Shown here one piece after another: positions 30,083 through 38,831 of a DNA stretch of 64,000 nucleotides. The translations under genes were made by a program, and so were the position numbers. Below the pieces are notes generated by a model. It was not told the DNA's origin. It ran no database searches and saw only the letters and a list, made by a program, of their open reading frames with translations. Numbering within the stretch: position 1 is the first letter of the stretch; each line of letters begins with the position of its first letter. The stretch covers positions 1,945 to 65,944 of the forward strand of contig CAVYVS010000026.1 in assembly GCA_963772005.1 (NCBI GenBank), read 5' to 3'. Source of the stretch: an uncultured Nitrososphaerota archaeon (GTDB lineage: Archaea > Thermoproteota > Nitrososphaeria > Conexivisphaerales > DTJL01).

Positions 30083-30362
30083 GTGTACTCTCGAGGGCGA
30101 GCTTTAGCTTGTCCTGAGAGGAGCTGAAAACGGTTTCCGTACTTTTGCTCTCGTTAGACGTGGCACACTACCAAATCCGCAGAATATGCATGGCATGTAT
30201 TTTACCGTTTTTAATGTTTCCCGGCATGGTAACCATCATCGGTTACGTTTGACGAAACGAAACGTCGGGAACTAGCTGAAGGAACGATAAAAAGAAGAAA
30301 AACCGAAAAAACGTGATAATGGTTAAAGGCTTGTCATATCAGTCGTTTCCCAATCTGACTTG
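30083..30362. promoter_or_regulatory. AT-rich divergent intergenic region between the hydroxylase operon and cytochrome b
   Basis: The longest AT-rich non-coding stretch in the window. Contains short inverted repeat GTAACC-N6-GGTTAC (30229..30246), tandem AAACG AAACG (30254..30263) and several TATA-like runs. Function not established. Confidence 0.3.
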
Positions 30363-31208
30363 ATGGTTCCATTTCAGGTTGCGTCGGTAAGGCTCGACGA
30401 GACGGTAGCTCTTTACATCGTCCTGCTCTTCGTGGCGGGATACGCGGTTCATTGGTTCAGGAGGGCGTTCAGGCAGCCTACCCCAACTGGGGCCACCCCC
30501 AGCGTCAGCATCCCTGGCGACAGGGTGAAGTACTACGACGTAGTGGAGAGGCTCTTCCACTGGACCGACTTCGTCGTCCTGGGGATGATGGTGGTCACAG
30601 GGGTCGCCATCTTCTTCCCGGGAAGCCTCGACTTCCTCCTGGCGCCCTTCGGAGTACAGGGAGTCGCCGCCGACGTCACCCTCCATCTCACGTTCGTTTG
30701 GGCCCTGCTCGGGCTCATCGCGATCCACGTCATATGGGACACGGCCGTCGCCAGGGGCTTCTGGAACATTTCCCCCGGCATTAGCGACATGAGGGACGCG
30801 GCGAAGAGGGCCAAGAACTTCGTCGGCTGGTCGAACGAATACCCAAGGATGGGGAAGTACGACGCCTTCATGAAGACGTTCCACTGGGGACTGACGCTTT
30901 CGCTCATCGTCCTCGGCATAACCGGCATCTATTTCTGGAACCCGTTCAACCTGATGCCGAACCTCGGCTATGCCACCGAGAACCTATTCAGGGTCCTCCA
31001 TGACATCTTCGCCTTCCTGCTCGTGGGCCTGATAATCGGCCACATCTACTTCGCCGTGATACCCGAGAACTGGCCCATCTTGAAGGCGATGGTGACCGGC
31101 ACCATGTCCAAGGACTTCTACGTCAAACACTTCGATCCAGGGAGGTGGAAGGCCAAGCAGTCCACCGGCCTCCTCAAGAAGGAGTTCGCGGACGGCGGTG
31201 ACTCATAG
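30363..31208 (+). CDS. b-type cytochrome membrane subunit (FdnI / Ni-Fe hydrogenase cytochrome b family-like)
   Basis: ERLFHWTDFVVLGMMVVTG, further His in predicted helices (LHLTFVW, IHVIWD, FHWGL, GHIYF), 4-5 hydrophobic helices. Confidence 0.68.
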   Translation: MVPFQVASVRLDETVALYIVLLFVAGYAVHWFRRAFRQPTPTGATPSVSIPGDRVKYYDVVERLFHWTDFVVLGMMVVTGVAIFFPGSLDFLLAPFGVQGVAADVTLHLTFVWALLGLIAIHVIWDTAVARGFWNISPGISDMRDAAKRAKNFVGWSNEYPRMGKYDAFMKTFHWGLTLSLIVLGITGIYFWNPFNLMPNLGYATENLFRVLHDIFAFLLVGLIIGHIYFAVIPENWPILKAMVTGTMSKDFYVKHFDPGRWKAKQSTGLLKKEFADGGDS

Positions 31209-31733
31209 ATGCAGGAACAAGAGGCTCCACTCGCTCGGACGGAGGAGCATACCGACAGGGCGCTCTCTTCGACTCACCTGCTGACGATGAAGGGCAAGGC
31301 GGAGCTGGGCCTCGTGGGAGGTCTGGTGGCCAGCATAGTGGCGGCTTTCGTCGCTGTGGCCGCCGACAGCGCCGGTCTCCTCATCTCTCCGTGGTTCCCC
31401 ACCCTCGCGACGGCCTTCGGCTTCGCGGGCCTTCCGGCCTACGTGGGGCTTACGGGGACGACGATCTTCCTCACGATAGGCGTCGTATGGGGGCTGATCT
31501 TCGCGTTCCTTTTCAAGAAATACTCGGTGACCAAGGGGCTGGCGTTCAGCGGAATCCAGATAGTTCTTACGGTGGCCCTGCTAATGGTCATATCCACACC
31601 GCAGGTAGGGGGAACCCTTCTGACGCTGCCCATCGTCAACTCCCTGAAGTTGGTGATCGGCCTTGCCTTCACCTACATAGCCTTCGGCGTGGTGATTGGC
31701 CTGGCTGGAAAGAAGTATGCCGGATTGCCGTGA
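31209..31733 (+). CDS. Hypothetical integral membrane protein (174 aa)
   Basis: ATG follows immediately after the cytochrome b TAG. About four hydrophobic helices. No motif recognised. Confidence 0.5.
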   Translation: MQEQEAPLARTEEHTDRALSSTHLLTMKGKAELGLVGGLVASIVAAFVAVAADSAGLLISPWFPTLATAFGFAGLPAYVGLTGTTIFLTIGVVWGLIFAFLFKKYSVTKGLAFSGIQIVLTVALLMVISTPQVGGTLLTLPIVNSLKLVIGLAFTYIAFGVVIGLAGKKYAGLP

Positions 31734-31761
31734 CCGAAGACGACCCTCCTTCCGCTTTGAT

Positions 31762-32469
31762 TCAGCTAGGCAGGAACGCCAGCATATCCTCTATCTCGGC
31801 AAGAGACATCAGCATCCTGCTGGGGCCCGCCGCAAGCAGCGTGTTGACGTCGTGACCCTTCGTTGGCAGGACCACGGGCTCCGCGCCGACGTCCCGAGCA
31901 GCGCGAATCTGGGCCAGGCTGTTGCAGAAGAGGAGGGCCCCCGAAGGCTGGACGCCCATAGAATGGATGGCGGTCGAAAGGTCCTTCTCTGGGCTATGGG
32001 GGCCAACAGGCCTGTCGCGGCAAATGACGACGCTGAACCGAGCCTCCGGCACCCTACCCAGGAGCAGCTCGGTGGAGTGGACCCCCAGCTCGCTGACGAG
32101 GGCCAACTTCAGGGATTTTGAGGAGGCCGACTTGAGGCCCGTCGCAGCTCCAGGCAGGAGGATGGCAGACTTCGCCTGGGACACTTCGACCTGGTCAAGG
32201 AGGGAGCCAATCTCCGAACGGGCCGTTTCTCCCAGCTTCAGCGTCGAGGCGGCGTCTTCGATCTCGGCGGGCCCGGCTGCAGCCACCAGGGAAGGGCAGA
32301 ACCTCTTCCTGACGTTGGTCGCGGCATCAGAATAGTCCACGGTGTAGCTGAAGATCGTTGACAGCGGGAATACTAGGGCGTCGACCAATCTCGTATCCGT
32401 GAATCGTCCCGCTTGCCTTCGTATTTTAGAGTGATGCAAATTGCGCCTCTGGTCGGCGGCGCCGGTCAT
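31762..32469 (-). CDS. HAD-superfamily-like protein lacking the canonical DxD nucleophile motif
   Basis: ATGA overlap with the upstream gene at 32466..32469. The C-terminal half resembles HAD phosphatases (ALLFCNSLAQIRAARDVGAEPVVL). Motif I position reads VFPLSTIF instead of FDxDGT. Confidence 0.5.
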   Translation of the reverse strand: MTGAADQRRNLHHSKIRRQAGRFTDTRLVDALVFPLSTIFSYTVDYSDAATNVRKRFCPSLVAAAGPAEIEDAASTLKLGETARSEIGSLLDQVEVSQAKSAILLPGAATGLKSASSKSLKLALVSELGVHSTELLLGRVPEARFSVVICRDRPVGPHSPEKDLSTAIHSMGVQPSGALLFCNSLAQIRAARDVGAEPVVLPTKGHDVNTLLAAGPSRMLMSLAEIEDMLAFLPS

Positions 32470-33110
32470 GAAGGGGAGACGGGCTGCCGGACGATGGTCC
32501 TCAATTTCTCGGGGGCTGCCCTGCGGGGATCCCCTAGGTAGATTTCGTGGTGGCGGCCCCTTGTATGGAGCCCCTTCTCCTTGATGAAGGAGTGCAGACG
32601 GGCGATGGTGGGCCCTTCGGCGGAATAGGGCCCGACGTGCATGGTCTGGGCGCTGAGCCCTTCGGCGAACTCCTCGAGGCGTGCCGAATCGAGGAGCCGG
32701 AGGGTCTTCTTTGCGTTCACGATCTCCTTCGCCCTGAGAAACCATCTGTCTGTAACGCAGGAGGGTTGATGAATCATGGAGGTCCAGAGCCAGCTGTTCC
32801 TGTCGACCATCGAGAAGGTTGTGCCCTTGGGCACCGCCCAGAGCCCCTCCAGGGCCATGACGGGATAGTCGATCCCCTCCTCCTTCTTGATGGCGAACTT
32901 CAGGGTGTAGGAGAGGTTGTACAGGACTTCTATCGACTCACGGTAGGCGACGGACGTGTTGGGGTCTCCCGTCCCGTCCACCATTATGAAGTTGAGGGGA
33001 GGGAGCTCGACCAGTTCCACTTCCTTGGGCGACGCTGTGTAGAAACGCCTTAGATCCTTCTTGAGGTCCAGCTTCTTCAAGTGTGCTCTCGTTATGGTTG
33101 AGCTTGCCAT
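32466..33110 (-). CDS. GyrI-like small-molecule-binding domain protein
   Basis: FIMVDGTGDPNTS, YNLSYTLKFAIKK, ALEGLW, MHVGPYSAEGPTI, HHEIYLGDPRRAAPEKLRTIVRQPV. Pattern typical of the family as I remember it. Confidence 0.75.
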   Translation of the reverse strand: MASSTITRAHLKKLDLKKDLRRFYTASPKEVELVELPPLNFIMVDGTGDPNTSVAYRESIEVLYNLSYTLKFAIKKEEGIDYPVMALEGLWAVPKGTTFSMVDRNSWLWTSMIHQPSCVTDRWFLRAKEIVNAKKTLRLLDSARLEEFAEGLSAQTMHVGPYSAEGPTIARLHSFIKEKGLHTRGRHHEIYLGDPRRAAPEKLRTIVRQPVSPS

Positions 33111-33133
33111 GCCTTAAGAATTTGAAGGATAGG

Positions 33134-33682
33134 TCAGGCCCTTGAGGCTGTGCCCGTCTTCTCCCTCGCGGAGGCTGCCAGATCTCTCATCCGACGCTTC
33201 CGGCGTTCGCCGGCCTCCTTGTAGCGCTTCCTCTCTTCCGGGGTCTCTGTGATTATCGGCGGGACGGCCATCGGGCGCCGCCGCTCGTCGAGCGCGACGT
33301 ACGTAAGGTAGCATGAGCCGGTGTGGGTCCTCTTGCCGCTCCTCAGGTCTTCGGCCTCGATCCTCACCCCCACCTCCATCGAAGTCTTCCCGACGAAGTT
33401 GACGGCGGTCTTCAGTATGAGGAGGTTGCCTACGTAGACCGGGGCCCAGAAATCCATCCTGTCCACAGAGGCGGTCACCGTGGTGGCGCGGGCGTGCCTG
33501 GTCGCCACGATTCCGGCGGCTTCGTCCATGAGGCGGAGGATCGTCCCTCCGAAGACGTTCCCCAGGGGGTTCGCGTCCTGGGGCATCATAAGGTGAAGGA
33601 AGGTCTCTGAGGATTCGGAGACCTTGTGGCCCTTGAGTGGGGTTCGTGACAAGGCTGAATACCGCAGGCTGCGGCCTTTCAT
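33134..33682 (-). CDS. Acyl-CoA thioesterase (hotdog fold)
   Basis: MMPQDANPLGNVFGGTILRLMDEAAG, SVDRMDFWAPVYVGNLL, and a basic C-terminal tail. Start taken at ATG 33682, downstream of the bcp stop. Confidence 0.8.
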   Translation of the reverse strand: MKGRSLRYSALSRTPLKGHKVSESSETFLHLMMPQDANPLGNVFGGTILRLMDEAAGIVATRHARATTVTASVDRMDFWAPVYVGNLLILKTAVNFVGKTSMEVGVRIEAEDLRSGKRTHTGSCYLTYVALDERRRPMAVPPIITETPEERKRYKEAGERRKRRMRDLAASAREKTGTASRA

Positions 33683-33686
33683 AAGC

Positions 33687-34205
33687 CTATTGGGTGGGGG
33701 TGACGGTGGAGCCTGAGGGTGAGAGACCCGCCGCCGGTGTCCCAGCGACGTGACCCCCACGGATGGCTCGAAGGGCCTCCAGCGCCTCTCGCACATGGTG
33801 TGTGGGGGCCAGCTGAGAGTCGTATACGTGCCTTATGATGCCCGCCCTGTCTATCACGAAGGTAACCCTCGACGGGAGAAGCCTTCCCTTCACCTCGTAG
33901 GCCTCCCTGATCTTCTTGTCCCTGTCGCTTACCAACGTGAAAGGAAGGTCATGGCGCTTCTTGAAGGATACGTGGGCCTCGACGCTGTCTGAGCTGACGC
34001 CTATCACGGTGGCGTCCTCCGAGCGGATCTCCTCCCATCTATCACGAAATGAGCACGCTTCGGCAGTGCACCCCTGGGTCTCGTCCTTGGGATAGAAGTA
34101 AAGGACGACGTTCCCCCTTTCAAGCGACTTACTAAGATCGACGGTGCTGCCGTCGGCTGAAGGGGCGCTGAAACCGGGGGCCCTTGCCCCAACTTTGAGA
34201 GTCAC
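33687..34205 (-). CDS. bcp: Peroxiredoxin, Bcp type
   Basis: VLYFYPKDETQGCTAEAC (peroxidatic and resolving Cys), VIGVSSDS, FTLVSD. GTG start overlaps the upstream TGA (GTGA). Confidence 0.88.
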   Translation of the reverse strand: MTLKVGARAPGFSAPSADGSTVDLSKSLERGNVVLYFYPKDETQGCTAEACSFRDRWEEIRSEDATVIGVSSDSVEAHVSFKKRHDLPFTLVSDRDKKIREAYEVKGRLLPSRVTFVIDRAGIIRHVYDSQLAPTHHVREALEALRAIRGGHVAGTPAAGLSPSGSTVTPTQ

Positions 34206-35021
34206 TCCAGAGGCATGTTGTCATCCCTGGCGATTAACCTTGCCTTATTTCTAGTAGCGGGCTTCAGGGAGGCGGCCAGGAAGTGAAATGGGTCGGCGTA
34301 GGAGTCTATGAGCTTCAGCTGTTTTTGTTTGGCTTGCATCCTGATGATGGCCTTGCCGTGTATCCTGTCGTGCCAGATGAAACGCCTCAGGACCTTCTTG
34401 AGGGTCCAGAGCTCCTCGCCCGAAGCCACGACGGAGGTGCTCACGCCCATCTCGTAGAGCCGGGCGAGCTCGTCGGTACAGTGGACGCGGATTTCGAGGA
34501 AGTCGTGGGTGCCGTTCGGACATGGCCACCCCCAGCCTGGCAAGGTAGAAGTGCTGGGTGTTGGTGACGTGCTCGACCACATCGTCGATGGTGGAGGGGA
34601 CCGGGCCGTAGAAGGAGCTCCTTCGCTTGCTTTCGTCCACCCAGTCCTTATGCTCGGCGCTCTCGTAGGCCTTGACGAACGTCTCCCCCGAATACCTTAC
34701 CAGGTCGAGGAGCATCCGGAACTCATCCTTCTGAAATGGCCTCCTGTCAGCGTCGAGGAGGATCTCGCTGTCGGCGTCTTCGACGTTGAGCTGACTCTGG
34801 TGCCACTGTGTAATCATGACCCGAACGGGCGAAGGCGCCTTCGCTCCCAGCCAGCGATAGTACGAGCCCATCTCGTTCCGAACCTTCGCCAATGCTTCGC
34901 TTTCGGTGTGCGCCCTAACGTAGGCTCCAGGGAGATTGACTATGTAACCGAGGCAGCCTCGACCATTGGTCTCGAACGCCAGTGACAACCTGTCCACCTG
35001 GTCTACCTTGGGGGGCGGCAA
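34202..35021 (-). CDS. DinB-like protein with an N-terminal alpha/beta domain, one frame disruption
   Basis: GYIVNLPGAYVRAHTESEALAKVRNEM, ...VEHVTNTQHFYLARLG (frame of 34251..35021), then THDFLEIRVHC...WTLKKVLRRFIWHDRIHGKAI (frame of 34202..34582). Frame switch near 34520. Confidence 0.45.
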
Positions 35022-35186
35022 ATACCTGTCCGCGTCCCTCTCCTACGCACCTTAAGGATTTCTATGAGAGTGGCCAAGAATAATGGATTCATTCGTGGTG
35101 CTCTGTTAACTACCACTTCATGAAGAGGGGATCTGGGCAACCGGTTCTGAGTGCGGACGGGCGGCCCCTGCTCCCTTCCCCGGACG

Positions 35187-35747
35187 CTAGTAGATGAAGG
35201 GGATGAGGCGCTTGGTGCGCGCCATGTAGTCCCGGTACTTGATGCCGAAACATTCGTTCAGCACCCTCTCCTCCACGCTTATCCTATAGGCCAGAACGGG
35301 GAGGAAAACGGCCCCACTTACTGCGATCACGGGCCACGAACCGAGTGCCAAGCCAAAGCCGACCAGAGTCATGGCTATTCCGGTGTACGAGGGATGGCGC
35401 ACCCTCCGGTAGGGACCCGTGTCGACTATCTGCTGCCCATCCCTTACCACGACGGAGAGCGAGAAGGAGCCTCTGAGGGCGGCGATGGCCCATTGGCGGA
35501 TCGCGATGCCAGCGAACATGAGCGAGATGCCCACGAAGAAGAGGTATGCCGGAAGGCCCGCGAACGCAGCATCGGGGAGGGCGGCGATGGCGAGGAGAAA
35601 GACGGCTATGCCGACATAGTAGGCCACGAGGGAGCCCCTGTCCCCCCTGAAGACGGCCTTGTCATTCCGATGCACAAGATGAGACGTTGCACCGTAACCC
35701 TCGCTCGCGGTCCATGCCGATGACGGCCAAGAAGAACAGCGTGGCAT
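35187..35747 (-). CDS. Isoprenylcysteine carboxyl methyltransferase (ICMT/PEMT) family membrane protein
   Basis: GPYRRVRHPSYTG, ISVEERVLNECFGIKYRDY, several TM helices. The true start may be downstream of 35747. Confidence 0.75.
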   Translation of the reverse strand: MPRCSSWPSSAWTASEGYGATSHLVHRNDKAVFRGDRGSLVAYYVGIAVFLLAIAALPDAAFAGLPAYLFFVGISLMFAGIAIRQWAIAALRGSFSLSVVVRDGQQIVDTGPYRRVRHPSYTGIAMTLVGFGLALGSWPVIAVSGAVFLPVLAYRISVEERVLNECFGIKYRDYMARTKRLIPFIY

Positions 35748-35938
35748 TGGGGACGGCTAGTTCCAATCGTATCTGCCCGTTCAATCAAGCCATCCAAAAT
35801 AGCCTATTATGCATATCCTATGATTTGGCCAGCCTGTCAAAGGGCAAGTGGAATCCATCCCTGGAGCAACTACGTTCTAACGGCCAGGCCTTCCACTCCT
35901 TTGTCTGTCGATGGCGGAGGAAACTGAAGGGGATTAGT

Positions 35939-36018
35939 TGGCGGGCCCGGTGGGATTCGAACCCACGACATCCGCCTTAGAGGGGCGGCGCTCTAATCCA
36001 AGCTGAGCCACGGGTCCC
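35939..36018 (-). tRNA. tRNA-Arg (anticodon UCU), encoded CCA, with two irregularities
   Basis: Cloverleaf folded by hand: acceptor GGG(A)CCCG/CGGGCCC, D arm GCTC/GAGC, anticodon stem CCGCC/GGCGG, loop CCUCUAA, T arm GTGGG-TTCGAAT-CCCAC, discriminator G, CCA. There is an extra A in the 5' acceptor strand and a C at position 33. Confidence 0.72.
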
Positions 36019-36045
36019 TGTGAAGAAGGGGAGATTCCCGTGGCG

Positions 36046-36052
36046 TAATAAA
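36046..36052 (-). promoter_or_regulatory. TATA-like box for tRNA-Arg
   Basis: TTTATTA on the minus strand, centred about 31 nt upstream of the tRNA 5' end. Confidence 0.4.
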
Positions 36053-36181
36053 GCATTCCGAGTCGACTGACTTTCGACGTTCGGTAAAGGGGCTCAAGGC
36101 GTCATTCGCCGAGGCAGACTCTTCGATGGCATGGAGTTCCGTGCTAACTTTATGAAGGCTGGGAGCGTAGTAGTCGCTGCC

Positions 36182-37556
36182 ATGGCCAAGCTCTTCGGAA
36201 CCAACGGCATCCGCGGAATCCCTGGAAAAGACCTGACGGACGAACTGGTCATCAAGGTCGGGACGGCGGTGGGTAGAAGGTTAGGGAGAGACATCGTAGT
36301 AGGTTGCGACGGCCGCCTGAGCAGCCCAAGGCTTTCGAGGCTTATCACATCCGCGATCAACTCCGCGGGGTCCGATGTCCACTACGTAGGCCTTGCACCC
36401 ACTCCCGCCATTCAGCTCTATGCCGGAAGCGGCAAGCACACAGGTGGCGTGGTCATCACGGCTTCGCACAACCCTCCCGAGTTCAACGGAATCAAGGTGA
36501 TGGGACCGAACGGGGTCGAGATCCCGCGGGCCATGGAGACGGAGATCGAAACGATGGTCGATTCGACCGCTGCCGTGGGTCACGGCCCCGAGGGGAGGCT
36601 CTACGAAGAGAAGGGAGTTGTTGACCTCTACATCCGCAGCATACGAGAGAAAGTGGATGCCGCAATCCATCAGGGGCAGGGCCTTCACGATAGTGGTCGA
36701 CGCCGGCAACGGGGCCCAGTGCGTCTCGGCCCCGGGGCTCTATGAGAGCTTGGGATGCAAGGTGGTCCCGGTCTTCTGCGAGGTCGACGGCAGCTTCCCC
36801 GGCCGGGGGTCGGAGCCCGTCGCCGACAAGCTCACGGTCCTGGTCGACACCGTGCGGAAGTCCCACGCCGACATAGGAGTGGCCTTCGACGGCGACGGTG
36901 ACCGGGTCGTTTTCTGCGACGAGAATGGAATGCTTTACACGGGGGACAGGTCAGGGGCCCTCCTTCTCGATTACATCCTTGCAAAGAAACAGGGGCAGAA
37001 GGTGGTGACCACTGTCGCCACCTCCAATATAGTGGAGCACGTCGTCTCGAAGCATGGCTCGACGCTGATCAAGATCAGGGTGGGGAGCGTCGATGTCACC
37101 GAACGCATGTTGAAGGAAGGAGCGATCGCAGGCCTGGAAGAGAACGGCGGATTCTTCTACCTCCCGCACCAGCCAGTCAGGGACGGCGGCATGACGTCCT
37201 CCCTGATGCTTGATGCCCTGGCCCATTGGGGGGTCCCCATGTCGGTGGCCATGCAGCGGCTGCCGCTGTACTACCAGAGGAAGGGCAAGTTCGAGTGCCC
37301 CAATCCTCTCAAGGCGGGGGTGCTTGAAGCGGTGAAGGCGAAGGCGGACGGGAGGCTAGACCTGACTGACGGAGTCAGGATAGACTTCGCCGACAGCTCC
37401 TGGGTGATCGTCAGGCCCAGCGGGACGGAGCCCCTTGTGAGGGTCTTCTCAGAGTCGACCGACGAAAGCAGAGCGGAGGAACTCTACAGGCGATACTTCA
37501 CGTTGGCCGAAGAAACCAGAAAAAAACTTCAAAAAAGCGTGAACTTCTTAACTTAG
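36182..37556 (+). CDS. Phosphoglucosamine/phosphomanno-/phosphoglucomutase family enzyme, one frame disruption
   Basis: LFGTNGIRG, active-site TASHNPPEFNGIK, VVDAGNGA, FDGDGDR, GLEENGG, VRPSGTEPLVRV. Frame switch near 36665. Confidence 0.85.
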
Positions 37557-37754
37557 ACCTAGGTCAGGGAACTTGGCCTGTGGAACGCCGAGCTCGCTCT
37601 GCAGGGTCCTTATCCTTCCGGCATATTCCTTCATCTTCTCTTTGTCGTTTTGGACCTTAGCGATCTTGTATGCCTTCCATGCCTTCTTCAGGGCTCCCCA
37701 CGTCTGTCCTTTCGTGTACGGCATGTGAGATTCCTCGGGACTACCTTCTCTCAT
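37548..37754 (-). CDS. Small basic hypothetical protein (58-68 aa)
   Basis: MPYTKGQTWGALKKAWKAYKIAKVQNDKEKMKEYAGRIRTLQSELG, helical and Lys-rich. Its 3' end overlaps the convergent PGM gene by 9 nt. T6/T7 tracts follow on the minus strand. Confidence 0.35.
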   Translation of the reverse strand: MREGSPEESHMPYTKGQTWGALKKAWKAYKIAKVQNDKEKMKEYAGRIRTLQSELGVPQAKFPDLGLS

Positions 37755-37853
37755 GTCTCAAATAAAAGCGTTTCGTGTCTCACAGGCATGGATTCGCAAG
37801 ATGAAAGGTTTCCAACGTCTAAGTGTGTAGATTTCGTGCACTTCATGGGCGGC

Positions 37854-38831
37854 CTAGGCTTCGGTCGGCTGCTGCAGGTGCACCCATCCCCTTGGAGCCA
37901 CCACCGTCGGACGCCCGCCTTCCCTGGCTTTGAAGAGCACCCGGGGTCGCCCCGTGCCGACTTGTCCGAAGGGATAGAGTTTCGCCCCCAGCTGATCGGC
38001 GAGGGTCACCGCGGCGCGCAGGCTCCTCTTGGGCACGGCCAGCACGGCCTCGTACTCCTCACCGCCGTGCAGGATCAGATCCGCCGCGTCGAGATGGGAC
38101 GCCGAGCAACCCCTCAGGAACGAGCCCTCCGCCGGCAGGCTAGTCATGAGGAACTCCAGTCCGCTCTGCTTGGACATCTCGTTCAGGGTGACTGCCAGGC
38201 CGTCGCTAGAATCCATGGAGGCGTCCACGAACCCCTTCTCGATGAGGGCCTTACATAGCCCGTTTCTAGGCCTTGGCAAATACACGCTCGCCAGAGACGC
38301 CTTCGCAAGGGACCGGGGAAGAGGGCCATCTTTCAGCAGGTGGTTGAGGCCCAGGCCGGTCAGGCCGAAGGGACCGGTAGCCACAAGGGAGTCGCCGGGC
38401 CGGGGGCCGTTCCTACGCACCATGCGCTTCGTGGAGCCGACCAGGGCCACGTCCATGACCAAGTCGTCCGATTCGTTCACGTCTCCGCCCAGGATGGGGA
38501 CCTCGTATTCCAGGCTGGCGTCGAGCAACCCGAGGCTGACCTGGCGCATGCCCTCTCTTGTGGCCATGCTCCTCGGGATTCCGAGGGAGACCATGAACCC
38601 CCACATCTCGGCGCCCTTGCAGAGCAAGTCGGAAACGCAGGCCACTACGGCTTTCCTAGAAGCCTGCCTCAGGCTCATCCCGGGAGGGAGGTCGGTCTTG
38701 CCGACGAACATGTCCGTCTTGAGCACAAGATACCGCCCGCCCATCTTGATGAACGCGACATCGTCCAGCAGGTCCGCCTGCTGATCCTTGAACGTCTTTC
38801 GAATGAGGTCGATGATTCCGAGCTCGTTCAA
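37854..38831 (-). CDS. thiL: Thiamine-monophosphate kinase
   Basis: TTG 38831 overlaps the upstream TGA (TTGA). ELGIIDLIRK, DDVAFIKMGGRYLVLKTDMFV, ILGGDVNESDDL, DSSDGLAVTLNEM. 325 aa. Confidence 0.8.
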   Translation of the reverse strand: MNELGIIDLIRKTFKDQQADLLDDVAFIKMGGRYLVLKTDMFVGKTDLPPGMSLRQASRKAVVACVSDLLCKGAEMWGFMVSLGIPRSMATREGMRQVSLGLLDASLEYEVPILGGDVNESDDLVMDVALVGSTKRMVRRNGPRPGDSLVATGPFGLTGLGLNHLLKDGPLPRSLAKASLASVYLPRPRNGLCKALIEKGFVDASMDSSDGLAVTLNEMSKQSGLEFLMTSLPAEGSFLRGCSASHLDAADLILHGGEEYEAVLAVPKRSLRAAVTLADQLGAKLYPFGQVGTGRPRVLFKAREGGRPTVVAPRGWVHLQQPTEA

